Shown: piece after piece, positions 11,301 to 33,700 of the stretch
How the letters are laid out: each line of letters opens with the position of its first letter
How positions within the stretch are numbered: position 1 is the first letter of the stretch
Assembly: GCF_035594765.1 (NCBI RefSeq)
Contig: NW_026943824.1
Location: 15,273,839-15,337,838, forward strand
Length of the DNA stretch: 64,000 nt
From: Anolis carolinensis
Lineage: Eukaryota
Direction of reading: 5' to 3'
Position numbers and translations under genes: made by a program
The notes under the pieces: model-generated
Databases searched by the model: none
What the model saw: the letters and a program-made list of their open reading frames with translations, nothing else
What the model was told of the DNA's origin: nothing

Positions 11301-14206
11301 GGCACATGGCGCCAGCACTGGCTTTGGCTTGACTCAACTTGCACTCTTTTTCTTTTCCTCCCTTTCCTTTCTTCACACTCGCTGCATGCCTTTCAGAGCG
11401 AAGACGAGGAGACGGATTACGATGTGAATGACTCAGATTGAGTGTGAGTGCCACGGTGAGCACTAGGATTCTGCCCCTCCCCTATAGCTAGTGAATTGTG
11501 TCGTTGTGCTGTGGCTGCCTTTAACCCCCACCCACTTAAGGTGTGGAATGTGCTTCTAGGCTTCCTTCCGTCCCAAGTGTGTGCTAGTTACTTCCATGGA
11601 AGTGTGCGTTGTGGCTCATTTTGCTGTGAAGGGAGTGAATCTCCATTGGGGGAGGCCTGAGAGTGCTTTTGCCTGTAGATCTAGCCCCCTCCCCCTGTTT
11701 CAGCACTGATGGAGAAGCAAAGAGGCCACTGATGGGGTTGGCCAGGATATCAGTATGGCCCTGTGAAGTAGCAGCCACTGGAGTCCCTCCTGGGACCCTG
11801 CCAGATGGGACTGGGCCAAGTGGCACGATGTTGGCAGTCGTGCTCCAAAGAGGGGGGACTGCTGGGTGACATTTGGGGGAGGCAGTCCTAGGCTGCTGCC
11901 AGTGGGACCTGGTTCTGCCTTGGTGGCCTTGGGGTCTCTGGAGCCTCAGCCGAAGAGAGGCTGAGAGACTGTGACTTACCCCAAACTACCAGTTGGTTTT
12001 CATGGCTGAGAAACCAGTTATTTGAACCCAGTGCATGATGCTGGGATGCAGTGCTGTACTTTCCTTATAATATCAGGCCCAGCACAGCAGTTGAAAGGAC
12101 CATTGCAAGAACTAAGAGGTTTACTACTGAATCTTAACCTCTGCCATGGCTGAAAGGTTGCACAGAGCCTGCAGGCCACAACACAATCCTTAAACCCACT
12201 ATCCAGATGCTCCCTTTATTTTCTATAAGGCATCCATCAGTTACAAATCAATTTGAAACCCCAGAATTGATTTCGGATCATTTCAATTCACATATAGAGG
12301 TGCAGGATTATGCTACAGGGTTAAAAACTGCTCCCATTGCAGTTAGCCACCTGTATATTAAAGGATCTTAGGAATATCTCTCTCCTAGCCTCTCTTCCCA
12401 TCTGTGATACTGGAAACAATACCACTGATTTAACTTACAGTGTTGTTCTTAAAAGATTAGAACTAGGTCACACATGTGAATCTTTACATCCATTATATAG
12501 TCATACAAAGATTCTGACAATGTTACTCTTTTTAACAAAGTCTTTATGTGCCCATACGTTTTCCTTATTCTCCATAATAAAGTGAATCAGAGGAGGAGAG
12601 GAGCGGAGCTTGGCAGGAGGAAGGGGCCACTGTCCTTCGTTCAAGGCAGAGCTCTGTGGGAAGCTGGAAAAGCCCCTCCTCAGCAGTGGAAGGATCCCTC
12701 TCTCCTTTCCATGGGTTGCCTCTCCAGCCGCTCTCTCCCCTCCGGCCATTTAACCAGCTAGCGTGAAGTCATCTGGTCTCCCTCCTTGTGACTCTTGACT
12801 GGCAGGGCTGCTCCTGTGCCTCCCAAGGCAGCTGCTGACCTGAGCCTCTGCCCAAAACATTGGCCCATTGCTGGGAAGGGAAGGAGGAATGTGTCTCCTA
12901 TTTCTCTCTTGGCTGCGATGAGGTGGACAGATGCTGGAGATGGTAGTTTTGCAAGGGCTTTGTCTTCAGGAGGCGACCAAAGACTGTATTGCAGAGCGGC
13001 CAGTGGAGACGCTGAAGGTGGCTCAAGCTAGGGGGGATGTAGGGATAGAAACATAGAATCATAGAATAGTAGAGTTGGAAGAGACCTCATGGGCCATCCA
13101 GTCCAACCCCCTGCAAGAAGCAGGAAATCGCATTCAAAGCACCCCCGACAGATGGCCATCCAGTCTCCAAAGGAGCCGCCTCCACCACAGTCCGGGGCAG
13201 AGAGTTCCACTGCTGAACAGCCCTTCTCACAGTGAGGAAGTTCTTCCTGATGTTCAGGTGGAATCTTCTTTCCTGAAGTTTGAAGCCATTGTTCTGCGTC
13301 CTAGTCTCCAGGGCAGCAGAAAACAAACTTGCTCCCTCCTCCTTATGACTTCCCCTCACATATTTGTACATGGCTATCATTTCTCCTCTTAGCCTTCTCT
13401 TCTGCAGGCTAAACATGCCCAGTTCTTTAAGCCGCTCCTCATAGGGCTTGTTCTCCAGACCTTTGATCATTTTAGTTGCCCTCCTCTGGACACATTCCAG
13501 CTTGTCAAGATCTCCCTTCAACTGCGGTGCCCAGAATTGGACACAGTATTCCAGGTGTGGATCTCCCTGAGAGCCAGAGTGCAGAGCTGCATGTGGGCTC
13601 TGGTTGCGGGCAGGTGAGGGGTTTAAGAAGACTGGGCGCCTCTCCCAAGACTGGGCTCAGAAAATATGTTTCAGATTCCCCGGTGAGCAGTGTGCGAATA
13701 GTAACATTAATTGTTTGTGTAATCTCCTGCTACTCAGGTTGCTCCTGACACGGAAAAAAAAAACCTATTGCAGTTTGAGACCTCAAATTTGGAGAAACTT
13801 AAGTTTAATGCCTGTAGCTGGTGCTACAGCTAAAATTTGAACAAAATTGCAGAACATGATAGTGGGAACTTTAAAAAGTTTTAGACCACTTGGTATGGAA
13901 TGGCTCTTGTAAGTAAACAGGAAGCCACATGAATGTAGTAAGCTTGCTTGCTCAGGTGGGAAGCTGCTAGGATCAGGCAGCAGTCTGTCCAGTCATCTTT
14001 GCAGAGGTTGCGGTGATAGGGCCTGGCCTGCTTTGTCCGCAGAGTGGTCCGAAGGCCAGGGTGGCTGGCTCCCTCCCAGTGGGGCTTTTCTTCAGTGCTT
14101 TTTTCCCTCCTTGTCCCAGCAAAGAGTCCTCCTAAGGCGCTTTGCCACCTCTCATTTCACCCCTGCTCTCTTCCAGATCCTGCAGGAGCGAGGCTCCAGG
14201 ATGTAG
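2383..14206 (+). CDS. KCTD5: BTB/POZ-domain protein KCTD5 (CUL3 adaptor); join(2383-2790,8877-8985,9363-9454,9577-9672,10395-10520,14177-14206), 286 aa
   Basis: Translation gives [27 protein letters not shown]...[26 protein letters not shown]...[25 protein letters not shown]. All introns are GT-AG and the total is 861 nt in frame. The HNTPYG segment favours KCTD5 over KCTD2/KCTD17. Confidence 0.95.
3088..3311. mobile_element. hAT non-autonomous element
   Basis: TIRs CAGGGGT...ACCCCTG; exact 8-bp TSD GTGTAGGG. Confidence 0.9.
3420..3825 (-). mobile_element. L2 LINE 3' fragment
   Basis: Near-identical to 33077-33476 ([19 protein letters not shown] plus the stem-loop/TTA tail). Confidence 0.8.
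4449..4815 (-). mobile_element. Possible Helitron-like fragment
   Basis: On the minus strand a GC-rich subterminal motif is followed by CTAG|T at 4449. Confidence 0.3.
5340..6955 (+). mobile_element. ERV-like solo LTR (1616 bp) in KCTD5 intron 1
   Basis: TG...CA ends; TSD GTAG/GCAG splitting an L2 tail; CCAAT and GC boxes, TATAAA 6701, AATAAA 6784; internal 112-bp direct repeat. Confidence 0.8.
7952..8274. mobile_element. Tc1/mariner (pogo/Tigger-like) MITE, about 323 bp
   Basis: TIR CAGTAGAGTCTCACTTATCCAA with TA TSD. Other copies at about 1210-1515, 15355-15661, 17144-17684 (nested pair), 20794-21322, 22035-22357, 40566-40888, 43356-43678, 54090-54412 and 63006-63332. Confidence 0.9.
11397..11443 (+). 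CDS. KCTD5: Candidate alternative KCTD5 exon encoding [14 protein letters not shown] (cassette microexon or alternative last exon)
   Basis: About 50-nt pyrimidine tract then TTTCAG (11391-96); phase 0 matches the end of exon 5; TGA at 11439-41; GT|GTGAGT donor at 11444. Confidence 0.6.
13050..13560 (-). mobile_element. CR1 LINE 3' fragment
   Basis: ORF 13087-13521 [32 protein letters not shown] and CR1 tail. Confidence 0.93.
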
Positions 14207-14969
14207 CTGTGCCCCGACGCAGAGCGGAGGAGTCCTTGCTTTGGAAAGATGCCTGGCACTGCGAGGGAGGCCCTCCTTTCTTGATCCCTCCTGCCGACCT
14301 GGACCTGGGACCTTCTCCAGAGGAGTGGCTGGGCTGGAGCCTTGAGAGCAGGCCTCTGAGGACGATGGGCACCGAATGAGGAGCAAAGCAGGCATTGTTG
14401 CCTCCGCTGCACCTCCCTCTGGAGGGACCTGGCCTGGGCCTGTTTGGCTGGACAGAGACCGATTTGGGTTTCCCTCCTTTGAGACTGTTCCTGGGGAACC
14501 TACTTGGTGCTACATCCGAACCAGCCCCCTCTTTTGTGCATCCCTTTGGGGCCTTCCTCTCTGTCTTTTGCAAGCCTGTTTGGGCCCTGGCAAGGCGCTG
14601 TGGGGATGGAGGCCAGAGGGTCTTCGCCCGGGTCTCTGGGCCCAGGGGCCGGAAAGAGGGCTTCCTGCCCTCCAGATGTTTACAGTCATTTCTACATTCT
14701 CTTGATCTATGCAGTCCCGGCGTTTCGGTAAGGCAGCCCCTGCCTGCCACAAACGCTTGCGGTTTCACAACAGATGGTTTGTGTTGTTCAATGTGAAGAA
14801 AACACACAACTGGAGCTTTTTTTTTAGTGCACTGTGTTTAAAGGACACTTTTAGCATGTTTTCCAAATAGGTTTTTAACAGAGTCTGTACTTCCGCTCTG
14901 TTCTGTAGGGAAGCCACGGCCTCTCCCAGGAGGCTTTCTAGCACTCTTGCCTGTGTCTGGGACAGTGGA

Positions 14970-14975
14970 ATTAAA
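14970..14975 (+). terminator. Probable KCTD5 polyadenylation signal (ATTAAA)
   Basis: ATTAAA about 760 nt after the stop, followed by GT/T-rich sequence, just before repeats begin. Confidence 0.5.
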
Positions 14976-15660
14976 CGGCTTTCGGGATTTGTTGAGAATA
15001 TTTGTCATTTAGTCTATATTTACTCGCCACGTTCTGGTGTTGCCTATTGTCTACACCAGGCATGGGCAAACTCTGGCCCTCCAGGTGTTTTGGACTTTAA
15101 CTCCCATGATTCCTAACAGCCTCAGGCTCCTTTCTTTTCCCCCTCAACCGCTTAAGCGGAAAAGGAAAGGGCCTGAGGTTGTTAGGAATTGTGGGAATTG
15201 AAGTCCAAAAGAATTGGAGGGCCAGAGTTTGCTTATTCCTTGGCCAATTCCAGGGGTGTCGGATTGCCTTAAAATGAGGGCCAGCGTCTCATCTGCAACA
15301 AAGAGCAGTGGCTCCCAAACTGGATCCCTAAAGACCATCATTGAGATAATAATACAGTAGAGTCTCACTTATCCAACGTTCTGGATTATCCAACACATTT
15401 TTGTATTCAATGTTTTCAATATATCATGATATTTTGGTGCTAAATTCGTAAATACAGTAATTCCTACATAGCATTAATGTGTAATGAACTACTTTTTCTG
15501 TCAAATTTGTTGTATAACATGATGTTTTGGTACTTAATTTGTAAAATCATAACCTATTTTGATGTTTAATAGGCTTTTTCTTAATCTCTCATTATCCAAC
15601 ATATTCACTTATCCAACATTCTGCCGGCCCGTTTATGTTGGATATAAGTGAGACTCTACT

Positions 15661-15705
<45 letters not shown>

Positions 15706-16130
15706 CACACAGTCCTAAACACTTGGGAAGTGTTCGACCTGTGATTTTGTGATACGAAATCCAGCATATCGATCTCGTTTGCTGTGTCATACTATGTTTT
15801 TGTGTCAATAATAATAATGTATAACCTGCTCTATCTCCCCAAGGGGACTCAGGGCGGTTTCCACACAAAAATGCCATTAATGAAAACGCACAAAAGAAAT
15901 CAAACCAACGATACAACATCAATATACCTTATAATAACTAAGCAAATGTTTAAACAATATAAAATAATTAATGAAAACATAATAAAATCTCATCTAGTAC
16001 ATCATAATAAAAATTTGCTTAAGTGCATTAAAACTATGGGGTGGTTGATAACCACTAACAGAACCTGGGACGGTTTCCAGCATCCAACGAGGTTATATTA
16101 AGATGTTTCTGATCTCCATAAGCTAAAGTT

Positions 16131-16456
16131 CGGGGGCCCTGGTGGCACAGTGTGTTAAAGCGCTGAGCTGCTGAAATTGTGGACCAAAAGGTGCCAGGTT
16201 CAAATCCCAGGAGTGGAGTGAGTGCCTGCTGTTAGCCCCAGCTCCTGCCAACCTAGCAGTTCGAAAACATGCCAATGTGAATAGATCAATAGGTACTGCT
16301 CCGGCGGGAAGGTAACAGCGCTCCATGCAGTCATGCCTATGGCCACATGACCTTGGAGATGTCTATGGACAACGCCGGCTCTTCGGCTTAGAAATGGAGA
16401 TGAGCACCAACCCCCAGAGTCGCTTGGACTTCACGTCAGGGGAAAACCTTTACCTT
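16131..16456 (+). mobile_element. Sauria SINE
   Basis: tRNA-like head with A/B boxes (TGGCACAGTG..GGTTCAAATCC) and ACCTTTACCT tail. Other copies at 25659-26148 (-), 32128-32720 (-), 36703-36975 and 44037-44336 (+). Confidence 0.85.
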
Positions 16457-16806
16457 AAGCTAAAGTTCAGAGATGGGCTTTTAGAAGTTCCTAAATAATA
16501 AGGAATCTGGCTGCTAATATTTAAAAAACTCTAAAATCAGGACAGTAAATAAAGAACAATACTCAAAAATAGGCAAATTCCAGACAGGAAACAATTGGGC
16601 CAGCTAACACCTCCCAACAAATGATTCCCCCAGGCAAGAATCAGCCAGGCCTCGAATCTGCAGCAAGGCTATTCAATGATAATCAAGGTGATCAATTGCC
16701 ACCAACAGACAAGAGTTCTATGTTTTGTTGAAGGCTTTCATGGCCGGGATCACAGGGTTGTTGTATGTCTTTCGGGCTGTGTGGCCATGTTCCAGAAGTA
16801 TTCTCT

Positions 16807-16847
16807 CCTGACGTTTCGCCCACATTTATGGCAGGCATCCTCAGAGG
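16807..16847 (-). ncRNA. Minimal hammerhead ribozyme motif (Penelope); an opposite-strand copy lies at 16957-16997
   Basis: Same core: CUGAGGA-stem II-GAAACGUC-AGG on the minus strand. Confidence 0.55.
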
Positions 16848-18423
16848 TTGTGAGGTATGGATAAACTAAGTAAGGAAAGAATATGCATCTGTGTAGAGCC
16901 CAGGGTGTGGCAAGAGTTCTTTCTCCCATTTGTCTAGCTTTCAACAGACCTCTCAACCTCTGAAGATGCCTGCCATAGATGTGGACGAAACGTCAGGAGA
17001 GAATGCTTCAGGAACATGGCCAGACAGTCCGGAAAACTCATTTTTAACCCGCTCTCTCTACCCGAAGGGACATAGGAAAACCTTTCTAAAACACTCCAGA
17101 AAGATTAGACCGGAGGCAGAAGCTTTTAATGGGGATTCAAATACAGTAGAGTCTCACTTATCCAACATAAACGGGCCGGCAGAATGTTGGATAAGCGAAT
17201 ATGTTGGATAATAAGGAGGGATTAAGGAAAAGCCTATTAAAAATCAAATTAGGTTATGATTTTACAAATGAAGCACCAAAACATCATGTTAGACAACAAA
17301 TTTGGCAGAAAAAGTAGTTCAATACGCAGTAATGCTATGTAGTAATTACTGTATGAATTTAGCACCAAAATACAGTAGAGTCTCTCACTTATCCAACTTT
17401 CTGGATTATCCAATGCATTTTTGTAGTCAATGTTTTCAATACATCATGATATTTTGGTGCTAAATTCGTAAATACAGTAATTACTACGTAGCATTACTGC
17501 ATATTGAACTACTTTTTCTGTCAAATTTTCTGTCAAAACATGATGTTGTGGTGCTTAATTTGAAAAATCATAACCTAATTTGATGTTTAATAGGCTTCTC
17601 CTTAATCTCTCCTTATTATCTAACATATTCGCTTATCCAACTTTCTGCCGGCCCGTTTATGTTGGATAAGTGAGACTCTACTGTATCACGATATATTGAA
17701 AACATTGACTACAAAAATACTGTATTCTTGATTTAAAAGTAGAAAACCGGGTGCCTTTAGGACCCAACATACTGCTCTGCCTACCTGCCTGCTTGCCCCG
17801 CCCCTTCCCTTAGCGCGCGGTGAGAGAAAAAACCCATCCGGGACCTGGGAGCGCCATTTACCCCGCCTCTCGGTCTCCATAGCAACCCATTCCCCTTTTG
17901 ATTGGTGGGCTCATTCGCGGGGCGGGACGGAGGAGCACGCACCGCGCAGACGCAGTCAGGCGGACGGGTCGCGTCGAGGGACCTTCCGCTTCCTGCGCGA
18001 GGATCGTCGAGACAAAAGGGGAGGGGAGGGGAAAGCGAGCGGGGAACATCCGGGTCATTCGCCGACGCCGTTGCTGCTGCCGCCTGAATCCGGGACACGC
18101 GCCGGTGCCGCCGCTGCTGCTACTGCTGCTGCTTCGCGGTGAGGCCTCCATTTCCCACTCTCTGAGAAGGCCTGGAGGGAGGTAAAGGAAGGGAGGGAGA
18201 AGAGGCCAAGGTCAGGCCCGCTTTGCGGCCTTTGGAGGGAGAAAAACAGGCGAGAAAGCAGAGAAAAAAAACCCTTCGCCGCCTCAGCTTTTTGGCCCCT
18301 CGAGGGCCCCGTCGCCTCAGGGAAGCGGGAAGGGAGGTGGGAGGGGGTGCTCTCGTTCCCTCTCTGGCTCCGCCCCTTCCGCTGACTCCGCCCCTTCTCC
18401 TTCTCCTCAGAGGGACGCGCAGG

Positions 18424-29250
<10,827 letters not shown>

Positions 29251-29660
29251 GCTCCCATCGCCGCCGTCGCCCAGCATCTTTCAAGGAAGGGATTTAATTG
29301 GCAAGAACTTGTTTACAAAACTTTTGCAAATCTAATGTCGCTATGTCCCACCATTAATAGTCACTTAGGGGAGGGGGTTGTCTGTGTGCCATTTTCCATA
29401 TCTGCCACTTGTATACAGTTCTAAATTGGCTGAATTGCCCCCCGTTTTTCATACAGGGTCTCTTCCTTCAGTCTTTTGTATTTTTGATTGTTATGTAAAA
29501 CTTGCTTTTATTTTAATATTGATGTCAGTATTTCAACTGCTGTAAAACTATAAACTTTTATACTTCTATAAATTCACTAGTATCTCTAGTTTCTTTGCTC
29601 TCTGATGCAGGCATGCGTTAAACTGTCTAGAAGACTATTTTGCCTCGACTTGGCTGTAAG

Positions 29661-29666
29661 AATAAA
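29661..29666 (+). terminator. UBE2I polyadenylation signal AATAAA (second copy 29816-21)
   Basis: AATAAA after a U-rich 3' UTR, followed by a T-rich element. Confidence 0.6.
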
Positions 29667-30731
29667 AGAAGCCCTCCGCCCCCTTTTTGTCTTTTCTCAG
29701 TAAGAAATTAGGTTGTTGTTGCTTCAAAGCCTTGGATCCAAAGTCAGCCAGCATCTGGATTCTGCATCACTTCCTTTGTGTTTATGGCGTTTTGTCTGTG
29801 TTGCTGTTTAGAGTAAATAAACTGTTTCTATAAAGCCTGTTGTCTCCTTTTCTCCCTTTTGCAATGGAATAACCCGTCGGACGTTGCACTCTGTTCAAAA
29901 GAAACAATCCTTGAGTCTGGGTTGCTGTGAGTTTTCTGGACTGTGTGGCCATGTTCCAGAAGCATTCTCTCCTGACATTTCGCCCACATCTATGGCAGGC
30001 ATCCTCAGAGGTGTGAGGTCTGAAACTAGGCATCTGGCGTTTTTATATCTGTGGAATGATTTCCAGGGTAAGAGAATTCTTGTCTGTTGGAGGCAATTGT
30101 GAATTGCAGTTGGCCACCTTGATTAGCACTGAATAGCCTTGCAGCCTCAAAGCCTGGCTGCTTCCTGCCCAGGGGAATCCTTTGTTGGGAAGTGACTCTT
30201 TTTGGAGAAAAAACAGGATATAAATGATAATGTCAAAAGAATAACAAATTAAGATTAAAGGGGAATTGTAAGGTCTTTTTGATTTACACCACCTAACATT
30301 TCCAAGATTGTGGTTGAGCCATTGATAAAACACATGGCTAAAATCAGAAGAATGTAGAATAGAACTGTATTTCTGTAATGCGATGTAAGTAATGGGAGGG
30401 TTGGAGTATAGATCTGAGAAATGAGGATGTCATAAGACAATCGTATTACGTTGTAAATGTTTGGGATTATAAAATATTTAATATTTAAATATTTAAAATA
30501 ATAAAAAGCAAAAACCATGGTTTTTACAGCTTACGTTAGGCATAGTTCATATTGTACAAATGGACATTTTAATATTTTCAAAGGAATATATAAAACGGTT
30601 CTGAATGAAGGTATTTCTGAATGGCTTTAACTTCTCCAGACCAGGAAGGTACCATATAGAGATCTCGAAAGGGTTGACTGTCAAAGATAAAGAACGGTTC
30701 ACACCCTCTGCCTTTTCAGGCGTTGCTTCCT

Positions 30732-33700
30732 TCATAACGCAAAGCCTTCTGCTGCTTCTCCTGCGGTGTCTTGTGGCCCACCTGCCTCCCTGGGAAGGGC
30801 CCCCGGGGCATCCCGCTCCTCCTGGCTGCTGCTGCTCCCGCTCTCTCCATCCTCATCTGACGTTTCCTCCAGTGAACTTTCATCTTCATGGATTGCTCTA
30901 CAATCAGACAAAGATTAATCCATGCTCAGAATGACCCCAGAAGACACTGAAAGGGGAACTTTAGAGGACTTACTTTGAGACGCCGACGGGCCTGTTGGGG
31001 TTAGAAAACTCCTTTCCAGAGTCAACGTCAAAGGGATCTGAAAGCAAAGAATCCAGAGCCGTGAGGCGAAGCAAAATGTAGAAGCAGCCAGGCGTAGAGG
31101 CAAAAGAAGAGGCTGCAGGTGCCCTCACCTATGTCCTCTTCCTCCTTTTCTTGCGCCTTGAGCAGGAACTCCCTCTCCACGGCCAGCACCTCCTCTTCGC
31201 CGGCACATGCTGCGTATCTCTCAAAGAGGTCTCTGTTCAGGTCCAAGAAGACGGGCCCCCACTTAAACGTCTGCAGGAGCTCCGTGGCGAGTTCGGAGAA
31301 CCCTGGAACGCAAGAAGGGAAGGCTGGAGGCTTGTTCTAGGCTGCCGGGTCCTGCAGTGGGACGCCCACTCCTCCCTTTCCAGGGCCAGGGCTCACCCAC
31401 GATGACCAGGGCTGCGGCCAAAGCCTCCGCGCAGGATAGCCTCCAGGGCCGCCCATAGTTCACGGGGTTGGCGGCCACCAAGTAGGGAAGCAGCCTCAAG
31501 CAGCCACCCTTCATCTTGGCAAAGGGGGTCTCCTCCAGCTTGGCCCAGGAGCAGTCAATCACGGCCGCCCCGTCCTGTGCCACCATCGGCCTGTGAAGAG
31601 AGGAAGAGACAGTGATAATGGGGCCCAGGAGGGAAGGCAGGCATACAAGCTTCATATTTCATATTTCCTTCCTTCCACCCCTCCCTTGGCTCCTTCTCTG
31701 ACCTGTCTGCGGGGGAAAGGTACCGGTGGGCAGATGGGCTGAGGACGAGGCCTGGGAAGCGCCTCCCGACCCGCAGCGCCCGCACCAGGCCCTTCCTGGC
31801 CAGCCTCCGCCCCGTGCAGCGCCGTGGGTCGCACTGGCCCAGCTCCCACAGGCCGAGAGGCGGACGACAAGGCCCAGAAGCAGAGGCCGAGCTCGCCTCT
31901 TCCTCCCCTGGTTGCTGCTGCTGCTGCTCTCCCTCCTCTTCTTCCAGGGACCCTGAGGGAGAGACAGACCTCTTCATCAAACTGAAGCAGGGAAGTGTAG
32001 AGCTCAGTCTTAGTCGGTTCTTAAATGAAAGGGATGAATTTAGGGCCCCTGGTGGCACAGTGTGTTAAAGCGCTGAACTTGCGGACCAAAAGGTCCCAGG
32101 TTCAAATCCCGGGAGCGAAATGACACGAGAAAGGTTTTCCCCTGACGTTAAGTCCAGTCGTGTCTGACTCTGGGGGTTGGTGCTCATCTCCATTTCTAAG
32201 CTGAAGAGCCGGTGTTGTCTGTAGACACCTCCAAGGTCATGTGGCCACTGGCATGACTGCATGGAGCGCCATTACCTTCCCGTCGGAGCGGTACCTATTG
32301 ATCTACTCACATTTGCATGTTTTCAAACTGCTAGGCTGGCAGAAGCTGGAGCTTTTTTTTTCTTGTGCCAGGAGCAACTTGAGTCACTTCTGGAGTGAGA
32401 GAATTGGCCGTCTGCAAGGACGCTGTCCAGGGGACGCCCGGATGTTTTTACCATCCTTGTGGGAGGCTTCTCTCATGTCCCCACATGGAGCTGGAGCTGA
32501 TAGTTCATCTGCACTCTCCCCGGGTGGGATTCGAACCTGACAACTTTCAGGTCAGCAACCCAACCTTCAAGTCACTTAGTCCACTACGCCATCTGGTGGC
32601 TCCTAGAAGCTGGAGCTAACAGCGGGCGCTCACTCCGCTCCCCGGATTTGAACCTGGGACCTTTTGGTCTGCAAGTTCAGCAGCTCAGCGCTTTAACACA
32701 CTGAGCCACCGGAGGCTCCATTTTACTAATAATTACTAATTACCAATTACTAATTAACAATTACCATATGATATAGTACAATGATGGGCAACCTTTTGCG
32801 CTTCATGTGTCAAAATTCACCAAAAAAACCTAGCATGACTTGGGTGGTGTGTCACTTCAAGAAAAAAACCATAATTTCGCAATATGTATAGTTTAAACAA
32901 CAAAAATATATAATTATAATCTATAGCTGTATTCAATAAATCACAAACTATTTACTACCATTATTTCCATGTACAATAATCTATGGTACCTCTTGCAGTT
33001 TCCATGCTGATTTCTCTCTATTCTAGTTTCAATGTAGTCATGAATAATGAATAATATAATATAATAATAATAATAAAACTTTATTTATACCCCGCCACCA
33101 TCTCCCCAACGGGGACTCGGGGCGGCTTACATGGGGCCACGCCCAAAACAATACAATGTAAACAGCATATAAAAGAACAGCAGAACACAATACAATAAAC
33201 AATACAGTAAATAATATCCATTACAAAATAAAACAAGGAGACAATAAAAACAAGGGCAGACCACATGAACATTAAGTTAAAACTCGGGGTGAGAAAGACA
33301 TAAAAATAAAAACTACAGCAAACAGGGTCATAAGGGAGTGGGGTATTCTGGAGGATAGATATTAGGGGGAGCAACGGAAAAGAAATATAAAATGGTTACT
33401 CTCCAAAAGCGCAGCGAAAGAGCCATGTTTTCAAGTCTTTCTTGAAGGCTGCTAGTGTGGGGGCTTGCCTAATCTCCGCGGGCAGAGAATTCCACAATCG
33501 GGGGGCCACAGCAGAAAAGGTCCTCTCCCTTGTTCCCACAAGGCGGGTCTGGGATATCGGGAGTGGGGACAGGAGAGCTTCGAAGGGATCGGGCAGGTTT
33601 ATGATAGGAGATACGGTCACGAAGGTAGCTGGGTCCCAAACCGTTTAGGGCTTTATATGTGATGGTATACACCTTGAATTGGGACCGGAAAATAAAAGGC

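Noticed and set aside
16131-16215. tRNA gene
   Set aside because: It is the tRNA-derived head of a Sauria SINE and does not form a complete cloverleaf.
30732-30734. Selenocysteine codon in TSR3
   Set aside because: It aligns with Trp rather than Cys, and no SECIS is evident in the short 3' UTR.
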